This document shows positions 19,852-64,000 of a stretch of DNA of 64,000 nt, in pieces. Under the pieces are notes generated by a model that saw only the letters and a list, made by a program, of their open reading frames with translations, had not been told where the DNA came from and did not search any database. The translations under genes and the position numbers were made by a program. Positions within the stretch are counted from its first letter, which is position 1; every line of letters begins with the position of its first letter. Location: NCBI RefSeq assembly GCF_009914755.1, contig NC_060936.1; one strand, written 5' to 3'. The stretch is from the human T2T-CHM13v2.0 reference genome, Homo sapiens.

Positions 19852-20654
19852 TTAATGCTGCCTTTTTATCAATTTGAGCAGTTTTTCTGTATGTCATTTT
19901 GATGTATACTTACAAAAAGGAAAAGACTATATGAATTCAGATGTGATCTATATGTTTATTCAAAGTAAGAACTTATTTGAACTAAAAACTAAATGCTTTG
20001 CTTTAACAACAATTCTATACATTCCTGGTAAGTAATGTGTATCAACTCTGCTCATTTCCTCCAGTTATCACCTCTTCTACTTGTAATCTTTTCTAGAAAG
20101 CTATTTTGGCAGGAGGATATACTTGGCTGAATTTGATTAGAAATGTACCAACATGAAGAAAATGCTTGCCCTAAAACAGGAAACATTATTTTGATGAAAG
20201 AAGAATGAAGTTTCTATGCATTATTTTGGGAGACAATTCCTCTTTGTTCTTTTTGGAACAGCAGAGTTCCAAAACTTTGAGGGAGGTTAATTTTCTAGCT
20301 CCTCCTACAAATACATATTGTAGTAAATCAGCTGCTTTGGGAACCATCCACTTTGATTCGATTTTATTTAAAGGGTGGAGGAGGGGGAGAGGCAGATAGA
20401 ACATGGTGTTCTAGTGAGTTAAAACGTCTAATGCAATCCTCATTATAGCTAATCAAATTCGTGCAACACGGGCAGCCAACATCCTGGCAAAAGCTGTCTG
20501 CTCACCTGTTGCATAAATACAACACTAGAAATAATAATGTAAACTTTTCTACAAATTTCTCCTTTTTCTCTTCCAAAAGCTTTTGTTTTTCTTGGAGGTT
20601 GGATCTATAAGTCTATTTGATACTTGACTTTCTCTTACATGATAAAGCTGATAG

Positions 20655-23094
<2,440 letters not shown>

Positions 23095-23186
23095 TAAAAG
23101 AAAGATAATTCAGTAAGTTAGCTTCTGTTACTACTAAAGTCAGGTGAAAGACTATAAATAGTAGGATAGATGTATGTTTCATATCC

Positions 23187-23366
23187 CAAGATGGGCTTTA
23201 TCTAATTTGCTAGTCCCAGTGCAAAATGAAAATGCGGGGCTCCTTGATCAAAAAATAAGAAGAATTTCAAGACAGTGATAGCAATGCATTAGGCCAAACA
23301 TGAGGTCCTTCTAAGCACAGGGCTTTGTTTGACTGCAGGGATCCACAGGCCATGAAGCCAGCCATG
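23187..23366 (-). mobile_element. MER91A-like hAT DNA transposon relic
   Basis: cccagtgcaaaatgaaaatgcgggg...catgaagccagcc matches my recollection of the reverse complement of MER91A. Confidence 0.6.
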
Positions 23367-23439
23367 CCCCAGAATATGCTGAAATAATGATTCAGGATCT
23401 CAACACTGAATGTAGCTATTCAGAAACTGGGCTTTGGTG

Positions 23440-26534
<3,095 letters not shown>

Positions 26535-26568
26535 GAGTTGCATGATAATTATATAACTATCATAGTAT

Positions 26569-27495
26569 TGTATCCGGAATTGTTGGGTTCTTGGTCTTGA
26601 GGCCCTGGACCCTCACAGTGAATATTACAGTTCTTACACACTGTGTGTCCGGAGTCTTTTCTTTCCTATGTTCAGATGTGTCTGGAGTTTATTCTTTCTG
26701 GTGGGTTTGTAGCCCCCCTGGCTCCCGGAGTGAAGCTACAGACCTTCCCAGTGAATGTTACAGCTTAAACACAGCAGCAGACCCAAAGACTGAACAGCAG
26801 TAAGATTTATTGCGAAGAGCAAAAGAACAAAACCTCTACTACCTAAAAGTGGACCGAGCCGATTGCTGCTACTAGCGGTGGCCTGCTTTTATTCCTTTAT
26901 TTGGCCCCACCCACATCCTGTTGATTGGTCCATTTTACAGAGAGCTGATTGGTCCGCTTTACAGAGCGCTGATTGGTCCGTTTTGACAGAGTGCTGATTG
27001 GTGCGTTTACAAACCTTTAGGCAGACACAGAGTGCTGATTGGTGCATTTACAATCCTTTAGCTAGACAGAAAAGTTCTCAAGTCCCCACCCCACCCAGAA
27101 GCCCAGCCAGCTTCACCTCTCAATGGCACTCACCGCTGCGGGACTTTGCGGCACGTAGCCCGGGCACTCTGGCAGCCCAGAGGGAACTCGTCCCCCCGAT
27201 CAAACCCAGCAGGCGCCAGCCGGTCGCGCCGAGTGCGGGGCTTGCCGAGCCCGCGCTCACCTGGAACTCGCGCCGACCCGCGAGCGCCGCGCGCACCCCT
27301 GGCTCTTGCAGCGCCTCTCTCTTCACACTTCCGCGAGAGCAGAGGGAGCCGGCTCAGGCCTCGGCCAGCCCCAGAGAGGGGCCCTCATAGCGCAGTGGCG
27401 GGCTGAAGGGCCTCCTCGAGTGCGGCCAGAGCGGACGCCGAGGCGGAGGAGGCGCTGAGAGCGAGCAAGGGCTGCTAGCACGTTGTCATCTCTCA
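26569..27495 (-). mobile_element. Solo LTR12 (HERV9/ERV1), ~927 bp
   Basis: Minus strand begins TGAGAGATGACAACGTGCTAGC and ends AATTCCGGATACA; TG...CA termini; 4-bp TSD GTAT (26565-26568 and 27496-27499); five CCAAT boxes. Confidence 0.93.
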
Positions 27496-27748
27496 GTATG
27501 TTAGATTATGAAACTGTAAGGTAAAAATAAAAAGAACAGGGAAAAAAGATTGTGTCAGATTGGGATAGGGAGAAAGTAAAACAGATTATTAAATGGGGTG
27601 ATCAGGTCGGGCCTCATCACAAAGATGAAATAAGAAAAAAAATATTTCTTTTCACATCATGGTTGCTTCAGTTTTAAAAAATATTAAGTCATCTATATAC
27701 AATTTTTTTTCAATTTTTGTAGAACTAATTGTCCATCTAAAAATATCA

Positions 27749-30999
<3,251 letters not shown>

Positions 31000-32127
31000 T
31001 TACCTATTAAAAGTCTATTCAATTATTTGTTGTGAAGAGTTCTTTTTTCTTTTTGCATCAGTGGAATCTAAAAAATTTCTTTATGATCAACTGAGCAAAA
31101 TTATACCAACTACCAAACATAAAACACTGGAATATGAGCTGAAGTAATGGCATTCTCCTGGTACTTGCAACCCTATGCTGAAATAAACCCATGCTTCTAA
31201 AGCAGTTCCATTAATTTAGGATGTAAAATTCAATATAATATAGTTAAAATATGTTCTAGAATGCATCTGATAAAGTTTGAAAACAGACTTAGAGAGCCTG
31301 TGACAGTGTGTATTTTCAGATGGAAAAACTGTGCCTAAGGTGTTGGACAAATTATTCAAGAACTGATTGTGTTCTTAAAGATCCCCTAGATCAGCAAATA
31401 CCCAGGGTGATAATTGGCTAAGTGATAATCACACCAATTAGGCTGCAGAGGCAGTGTCAGATTTTTAGTTCAAGATCCTATTAACAGCTGAGCCTACTCA
31501 TTATACTTCTCACTGGCAGAGGTTCTCTGTGTCCTTGGACAGGATTTGCATCTCTGCCTCACAGACAGGAAGTTTGGGAGACATCTGCTCAGTTGAGGAT
31601 AAAAACTTTAATTTCACCTGGAATAAATTAGCTTATTTTTCTTCAGATTGGCCAAAGATACAGGTCTGCCAATCCCATTCATTTATTTATTTCTCAAATG
31701 TTTGCTTCTTTTTTTCTAGTAATAAAGCAATATATATTTATTGTAGCCAGTTTGAAAGATATGGAAAAGTAGAAAGGAAGCAATACAATTCACCCATAAT
31801 CTCTCTCAATGAAAACTGCTGTTAACATTTTGGTGACTTTACTTGAATCATACTGAATATACAATTTTAAATCCTGTTTTTCACCTTTTAACATTTATGG
31901 TGAATATTTTTGTAGGTTATTAAAAGTTTGCAAATACAATATTTTTAAGGTTGACATAATATTCTATAGGATGAATAAATTATACTTTTTAAAAAACAAA
32001 ATACTTTCCTATATTGGCTATTTAAGTTGCTTCAAGATTTTTACTGTTGTAAATAATGATGAGCCACTTCCTCCCTCTCACCCAGGACAAAAAAAGAAAA
32101 AATATATATAATGATGCCGTTAAAATC

Positions 32128-32268
32128 TTTCTTTCTTTCTTTTTTTCCCCTGTAGAGAGGAGGATTCATGTTCTTGCCCGGGATAGTCTCGAACTCCTGG
32201 ACTCAAGAAATCCTCCCACCTGAGCCTCCTAAAGCATTGGGATTACAGTCATTAGCCACCGTGCCCAG
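32128..32268 (-). mobile_element. Alu left monomer (FLAM-like)
   Basis: Left-arm motifs only. Confidence 0.8.
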
Positions 32269-32269
32269 G

Positions 32270-32386
32270 TTTTTTTTTTTTTTTTTTTTTAAGGCTAGTT
32301 ATTGAAAGCAGTGGGAGTGGAGAAGAAACAAATCGGTAACTGGTTGTGATCAGTCTGTTGTAAACATCACTGCATTCAGACCAGCC
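32270..32386 (-). pseudogene. Processed Y3 RNA (RNY3-like) pseudogene with poly(A) tail
   Basis: Reverse complement of 32291-32386 is GGCTGGTCTGAATGCAGTGATGTTTACAACAGACTGATCACAACCAGTTACCGATTTGTTTCTTCTCCACTCCCACTGCTTTCAATAACTAGCCTT, closely matching hY3; A21 tail at 32270-32290. Confidence 0.9.
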
Positions 32387-32591
32387 TCATGAACAACGTT
32401 TTTGATTTGCAATTTGGAGACTTAAAAATGAGGAGACTGTTTTCTCTCAACAAATTGAAAACTATTACCATGAAAATGTTTATACCTTGCATTTTAAAAA
32501 ATATTTTTGATTGCCAATATTCTCACTAAAATGTTTATCATGTATCTATTTGTGTCTACTTTGAAAACAAACTATTTGAAATACTGCATAA

Positions 32592-35111
<2,520 letters not shown>

Positions 35112-35640
35112 TTAACCTCTACCCCTCTTTTATTTCCACACCTCTTATTTCATTTTCTGTCCCGATACTCCTGGCAAGATGTTTAGTTCAGTGGAGTAAG
35201 GACAGACTTCGGTGCGGAGACTCCAGCTCTGCAGTGCTATGTGACCCCACTGTAGGTTCAGCACCTTGGTTTCCTTATCTGAAATACTTATTCGGTAGTT
35301 TTAGGACATAAGATCAAGGGTTCAGCACAACGGCTTGAGACACATACGCGACCCTCAGAGTGCGGGTCTGCGAGAATGCAAGCACCCTGGACATGGTCCA
35401 GAGTAGCTGGACTTCTTCCCGAGGGCACTGCGTGGCCAGCAGGTGAGCGCGGCCCCCGCCTCGCAGCACCCCAGGTGTGCGGCCGCAGGTGCGCGCCCGC
35501 GCGGCTCCCCTCGGCCAAAGGGCGAGGCAGTGGCGCGGCAGGGCGGGGCCGGCCAGAGCGAACCGGCTCCGGCTCCGGGGCCGCGCCCAGGGCGCTCCGC
35601 TGGGCACAGCAAGTTCTTGGCTGCTTCCCCGGCCGGAGGA

Positions 35641-35664
35641 GGCGGCGGCGGCGGCGGCGGCGGC
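35641..35664. repeat. (GGC)8 preceded by (GGA)2
   Basis: Counted directly. Confidence 0.97.
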
Positions 35665-36032
35665 GCTAACAGGCTGAACCCTCTGCGCTCTCCTCCCGCC
35701 CTTGGGGACCTGCTGGCGATTGGCTCCAGAGAGGAAGGGGTGGAGGCAGCCCCGGCCTGGCAGCTGCGGTAGCGGCTTTGAGTGAGTGCGGGAGCTGCAG
35801 ATACCGAGACGCTGCGACTGCCGCAGGAGTCGCCGCAGCCAAACTCGCCGCGACGCCGGGAGGGAGCGTACCGGGAAGGAGAGGGAGAGGAGGCACTCGC
35901 TGAGGAGACGCCGCAGTAGAGGGCGCCCCCGGAGTCGCGCCGAACCTGGGCATGCAGGCGACGCCCCCCAGGGGCCGCTCGCGGCTGGACGGGAGCGGGA
36001 GGAGTCGGGGAGCGGCGGTCGAGCCCGGCAGG

Positions 36033-36198
36033 ATGAGCGACGAGGGCGGCTCCAACTTCAGGCGGGTGGCGATCCGGCGGAAGTCCAACCCCTCCTACCT
36101 GCCGCCCGGGGTGCCCCGGCCCTGGAGCAGGCCCGCGTCGCACCTGGGACGTGTAGGGACCGCTGCCTTCAAGGGCCAGGTGCCCTCAGGAGCCACAG
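36033..36198 (+). CDS. FGD4: FGD4 (Frabin, Cdc42 GEF) long isoform, coding part of exon 1: MSDEGGSNFRRVAIRRKSNPSYLPPGVPRPWSRPASHLGRVGTAAFKGQVPSGAT(G)
   Basis: ATG with A at -3; 166 nt to a strong donor CAG|GTAAGC at 36199. Peptide recalled as the N-terminus of the long FGD4 isoform; FGD4 is known to lie directly downstream of BICD1. No further FGD4 exon was recognised in the window. Confidence 0.82.
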
Positions 36199-37463
36199 GT
36201 AAGCGCCTCGGGGCGCGGGGGAAGGGTGGCCCCGGCGCGTAGGTGCGGGTGAGGGGCGCTCCCAGCGCCCTGCAGGTGCGCCCTCTCGTCCCCCGCTGCG
36301 GAGGTAACTGGTTCGGGAGGTTCATTGTGGAAGGCTGCGCTCGGCCACCCACTCCCTTAGCTATGCTGTCCCTTCCCCCAGAGGACCTTGGGCAGGAACC
36401 CGCCTACCGCCGAGCTTGTCCTGGAGGTCACTTCTCAGAAAATTCAGAAAGTACAGGTAGAATTCTCTTTTTCTCTCTAACTTTTGTTAGGATTTGAAAA
36501 GACCAGTTTTCTAGCTACTGAAGCTTAAGCGGCTTCGCTAAATTCCTGCTTTGGGCAGCCGTGGTGGAGGCCTAATACGGTGAAGGGGAGGCTGGTGTCC
36601 GCCCAAGTCTGACAACCTAGGTGTGGTGAGCAACCTTCTTAGTGCCTGGATTTTCTTAAAGGGACGCTTGACTCCCAGGCTGACTGTGAAAAGCGGCAAG
36701 GAAAGCTGTTCCTAACATCAGAAAACGGAATCATTATTGCTGTTTTCATGTTAATAGGTTCAGATGTCAGTAATGCGGTGTTTTGATTTCTGAATTCTCA
36801 TTGAATCTTAAAGAAGTCCTCAAGGTGATCTATTCAAGGCGATCTATTCAAGGCCACGTAATCTCCCCTGTCTTGTAAATGTGTTCTCTTCTCCCCAGGC
36901 GAGTTTGAAACTAGGGATTTCTTTTTTCTTTGATTTGCAAAACTTCTTTAAAATCCCCTCCCCTCCTTTATGCGGTAACCAGAGGTGTCTGGTATGTAGA
37001 CCAGCTTACGAGGCAAAACCTCATTTGAGCAGCAGAAATACAAATAATTCTAATTACTTTCACGCATTTCATTCTGATTAAGCAAATATGACGATTTAAA
37101 TATGATAAATATTAGAGCTTTTAAATTCCCTTTTAGTCCTGGTTCTGAACTTGTAGTAGGCATAGAGCAGAAAAACATGATGAATTAAAAAGATATAACT
37201 ACAGTAGATAAGGGCAGAAATTGTGAGGTGAGAAAATATGTAAACAAGTAACTGAATTACAGTGCCTTCGGTCTTCATTTCCTTGTCTTCAAAATGAGGA
37301 CACTAGTGTGAAACAGTTTCTGAACTCTCTTCCAGTCTTAGGTGTGATTCACTCAAATTAATGGGAGGGTGTTTTCTTCCTTATCAAATGAAAATGATTT
37401 ACTTTGGATCGAAGGTATTTATTTAATGGGTTTTCAAGTTATTTAATGTACAGAATTTGTTAA

Positions 37464-40133
<2,670 letters not shown>

Positions 40134-40605
40134 AATGCTCCCTTTTATGGAACCTTAGTTCCAGGCCTCAGGTTCAGCTTTTTCCTATTGTGAAAACCCA
40201 AGGCCAAAACTTCCGTCCCCTGAAAGGCTCTTAGTCCCCTAGGCTTTCGGGTTCCTGGCAATGACTTTGCCTCTTGGGCAGCATGGTCTTACAAGTTAGT
40301 TACTTGTGTTTAAGTTTTGGGTTCTTTTTTTTTTTTGCTTGCCTTTGGGCACCTCCTTTATTTTGTTATGAGCTCAGCCATGCATTTGTTGTATCTGAGT
40401 ATTTGAATATCTGTTGTAATTTATTCAGCATCTCGGTGCTTTGTGGTGAGGGACTTTTCACATTATTTACTTGGTAAACTTTCTATGTAAGTACAGTTTT
40501 TTTTTTTCTGGTACTCACCATGGCTGGAATGCTCACATTTTCAACATATACCCCAGTATCCTGAGAACTTCTAGAGTACTAATTTCATCTCTGGGGAAGA
40601 GGGAT

Positions 40606-43718
<3,113 letters not shown>

Positions 43719-44208
43719 TAAGCTTCTGTGCATTTCCAAACATGGGTAAACCCCACTTTGGTCCTGAGGACAGGTTGCCGAGATTTGCAGGAATAAGACA
43801 AGGAATGCTATAGATTGTCCCTCAATACATAATCTGGGCCCTCTGCACTTTCTGGCATACTTTTTGCTCATTTCTGTTTGACTCCTCATTGCACTTTTTC
43901 TATCTGTTACAGGTCTTTCCTACTTTGTTCTTTTGTCTCAACTCCACCCTCTCCCTCTTGAAGTAGACCTGAATTTGTGCCGATACACAATTTTTATCAG
44001 ACTGGGGTATCTGAGGTGAGCTCAACCGACCTGTCACTTCAGACTTGGTTTATAGACTCCTTTATTGCAGCCCTCTCCTTTTTACTAATCTGGCAGATAA
44101 ACCCAGTCCTCAGAGACATTTCTCCTCTGTTACCTTCCATGGTTTGCCCCTTTACTCTCATTTATAGGCTATTTTTTCCCCTCCTCACCCCCAATGAGGT
44201 AATCCTAG

Positions 44209-46749
<2,541 letters not shown>

Positions 46750-47159
46750 TCATTTGCAGGGCATTGTCTTGAATTTGTCATCGGTTCTTGAATTGCAGTT
46801 GACAGTGTAGGCATTAGCACCAGCAAGTGTTCTGGGAGCCCACAGTCAACTTTGTATTATTGCCTCACTTAAGCGAGAATAGAGTGAAAACAAACCCAGT
46901 TGCTGTGCCCGTCGCACATGCACATCCGTTCATTGGAATTAAACTGTCAGCCTTCATCAACTGCAGTGTCTGTGGAAACCAGGGAGCTACCACAGTTCTG
47001 GGAACCGCACTGAGCCTCAGTGCAACTTTGAACAAAATGCCAAATGTCCACCCTGCTCTGCAAGGCTGGGGTTGTCCCCTGGAGCCTCTGACAGGGTTTT
47101 GTTTTAGGCCACATGTTAATAATAGTCTTAAAAAGCACAATGACTTTACAATGAACTCT

Positions 47160-48709
<1,550 letters not shown>

Positions 48710-48733
48710 ATTGGAAGTTATGAAATTGTTATA

Positions 48734-49325
<592 letters not shown>

Positions 49326-49366
49326 TTTTTTTAAATTATAGCCAATTTGATTAAAAATAATTACCA

Positions 49367-49525
49367 ACAGGGTGGGGGCTAGGGGAGGGATAGCTTTAGG
49401 AGAAATACCTAATGTAGATGATGGTTTGATAAGTGCAGCAAACCACCATAGCACATGTATACCTTTGTAACAAACCTGCACGTTCTGCACGTGTATCCCA
49501 GAACTTAAAGTATATATAAAAAAAA
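49367..49525 (+). mobile_element. Heavily 5'-truncated L1PA (3'UTR end only)
   Basis: ggggctaggggagggatagc...cccagaacttaaagta; TSD-like AATTACCA on both sides. Confidence 0.88.
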
Positions 49526-49614
49526 TTACCAAAAACCTATTTATAGAAAAAAAAACTTTTAACAAAATGATCTTCGTTTACTCTGCAGAAAGTTGGCTAA
49601 CATGTAACATTTAC

Positions 49615-49674
49615 GTGCTGTGTAAATTATGCCGTCATATTAATGTGCTGTGTAAATTATGCTGTCATATTAAT
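49615..49674. repeat. 30-bp tandem duplication (1 mismatch)
   Basis: GTGCTGTGTAAATTATGC(C/T)GTCATATTAAT twice. Confidence 0.95.
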
Positions 49675-49917
49675 GACTTACCAGTATGTTAGCAGTATTG
49701 GTAATTTTCATCCTAGAAAGGGGAATATAATGCATAATTTTAATACCACTGTTGTGTCTAAGAGAAGCGTTCAGAGGAAGGCACACTTTGGACTGTGCTG
49801 CATGCATCTTTGGGGAAAACTGAACATGTAATTTGTGCCCTCAAGGTCATCTGGGAGCTTGTGTGTACTGGCTTATGCATCTGGTGGGAGCAGCAGCCTG
49901 CTGACACAATCTGGAAG

Positions 49918-50070
49918 TCTCCCTAAAATGTATAAAACCAAGTTATAATCCAACCACCTTGGGCGTGCTTTCTCTGGACCTCTGGAGACTGTACTTCGGA
50001 CCATGGTCACTTATGTTTGGCTCAGAATAAACCTTAAATATTTTACAGAATTTGCTTTTTTTTGTCAACA
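49918..50070 (+). mobile_element. MER4-type LTR 3' fragment
   Basis: ctccctaaaatgtataaaaccaag...ggctcagaataaa...tgtcaaca. Confidence 0.7.
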
Positions 50071-56474
<6,404 letters not shown>

Positions 56475-57124
56475 AGTTCCTTGTGGCAGCTTTTGTGTAT
56501 CTCTAATCTAATGCTTGTCTCATTGGATCATGTTTGTTTACAAGGATCTAGCACCTACTACAAGTTACTGCCCTAGGTGCAAGCTCTTCCGGGCATGTCT
56601 TTCCGTTCCCTTTCAATCCCTCTGGCTTAGCCCTTGCCTCCCTAGCCCCTTCCAAAACTGCCTTTTATTGCTGACCACTTTCCTCAGTCTTTCCTTCTGT
56701 GCTGTCTTGAGCAACCCCAGTTTTATGTTTAGAAAATTCCCTAAAACCTGAATTTCAACACAGACCCACACAGTTTTCTGCATGAAGCCTGGCTTTCTCC
56801 CACATTACTGATTCCCTGGTGACACTCAAGTGACGGTTGTTCATCTTTTATGACCCACATATCTCCTGGTTGGGACCTGAGGTCAGCCCTCTTCTAGCTT
56901 TCCCTGACTAGAAAAAATTCCTCCTGCTTTCACTGTTGTCAGTCACCTCAATTTCTTCACCAAACTTCTTGTTTTTGCTCTGTGTCTGCCCTATAGCCCC
57001 TAATTCTGTAGTCATCCATTGCTCCTCAAGGGCCTCTCAAAGTCCATTCAGGGGCTCAATAGATATTGAATAAACAGAAGAACCCCAAACTAGTTGGTAC
57101 ATTTTGGTTCAATGTAATAATTAT

Positions 57125-58807
<1,683 letters not shown>

Positions 58808-59064
58808 TTGGGAGCTTCTTAAATTGGCAGTATTTTAAAAATTATGTGACATTGAAATGTAGATTGGCCTAAATTTTAAAATGTAGTTGCACAGTATTTA
58901 CTGCCTCTAGATAATAGTTTATTAAATACTCTCCCAGACTATATAACTGAGAAAATACACTAACAAATTCCCCTCCCCCTTTTCTAAATTAAAAACATAG
59001 TATATATGAATATCATTTTCATATATCTTGCTACTTCCTTAGCCTTCTTAATTATAAACTTGAG

Positions 59065-59275
59065 TCAGCTATTATTTACTGAGTACTTACATTTTAGATG
59101 CTGTTCTAAGTGCTCCACATGTATAAACTTGCTTAGTCATCACGAGTGGGAACTATTACCCTCATCGTACAGAAGAGGAAGCAGAAGCCCATAAAGTTTA
59201 AATACTTTCTCCAAGTTCACATGGCTAGTAGGTGGGGGAGTGACGATTTAAACCCCTGCTCTTAATCTCTGTACT
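59065..59275 (-). mobile_element. MIR
   Basis: tttactgagtacttac...gaggaagcagaagccc...ccaagttcacatggctagta. Confidence 0.65.
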
Positions 59276-59424
59276 TTTCTGTCTGATGTAAATTTCTTAT
59301 TGCCCTTTTTTTAATATCACTGAACTTGAGGATATTGTTTATCTTTAGCAATGGAAAAATCATTTCCTCCTGATATTCTTTATCCAGTTTGTCTAAAGTC
59401 TAAAAAACAAAACAACTCTTTGGT

Positions 59425-60110
<686 letters not shown>

Positions 60111-60124
60111 TTTTTTTTTTTCTT

Positions 60125-60310
60125 TTTCTTTTTGTCCACCTTTTCCCTACTTCTACCATTCTATTCTCTACTTCCATGAATTTGACTTTTCTAAATTCCA
60201 CACATAAGCTGAGATCATACTGTATTTGTCTTTCTGTGCCTAGCTCATTTGACTTAACATAATGTTCTCTAGGTTCATCCATGCTGTTGCAAATGACAGA
60301 ATTTCCTGCT
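60125..60310 (-). mobile_element. L1M 3' fragment
   Basis: ttcatccatgctgttgcaaatgacag motif. Confidence 0.7.

Positions 60311-64000
<3,690 letters not shown>

Larger units (their letters stand above)
35345..36415. promoter_or_regulatory. FGD4: CpG island / promoter of FGD4 long isoform
   Basis: Abrupt GC- and CpG-rich block; GC box GGGCGGGGCC 35541-35550; inverted CCAAT (ATTGG) 35719-35723; (GGC)8 at 35641-35664. Confidence 0.9.

Noticed and set aside
26920-27050. Regularly spaced repeats resembling a CRISPR-like array
   Set aside because: They are the CCAAT-containing U3 repeats of LTR12; eukaryotic context with no cas genes.
32291-32386. Functional Y RNA gene
   Set aside because: Poly(A) tail, several substitutions and indels relative to hY3, and no evident upstream TATA/PSE promoter; treated as a pseudogene.
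35355-36143. 262-aa antisense ORF and other ORFs across the CpG island
   Set aside because: Stop codons are scarce in very GC-rich DNA; low-complexity product and no recognisable domain.

Overview
Human (or very close primate) genomic DNA, extremely rich in Alu elements (about 75-80 Alus or Alu fragments by eye). I recognise the locus from memory of the encoded peptides, not from a database search. It holds the 3' end of BICD1 on the + strand: a 76-nt penultimate exon at 3887-3962, a last exon from 13758 and a ~6-kb repeat-free 3'UTR ending near 19850. A ~15.5-kb intergenic region follows, with a (CTT)24/GAA tract, a solo LTR12 and a Y3 RNA pseudogene. Then come the CpG-island promoter and first coding exon of the long FGD4 (Frabin) isoform (ATG 36033, donor after 36198) and ~28 kb of its first intron, which contains Alus, ERV1 LTRs, an internally deleted L1MA-type element and a dead L1PA. 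Nearly all ORFs in the supplied track are repeat artefacts. The most notable signals are: (1) the BICD1 penultimate exon can be read in all three frames and has tandem acceptors 10 nt apart plus QKI/RBFOX motifs; (2) an 81-bp non-Alu long-range inverted repeat in FGD4 intron 1, one arm carrying a perfected palindrome; (3) miR-200bc sites in the BICD1 UTR next to a ZEB/SNAI-type E-box cluster at the FGD4 promoter; (4) an LTR12 promoter pointing antisense toward BICD1. Repeat boundaries are approximate and subfamily calls were made by eye.
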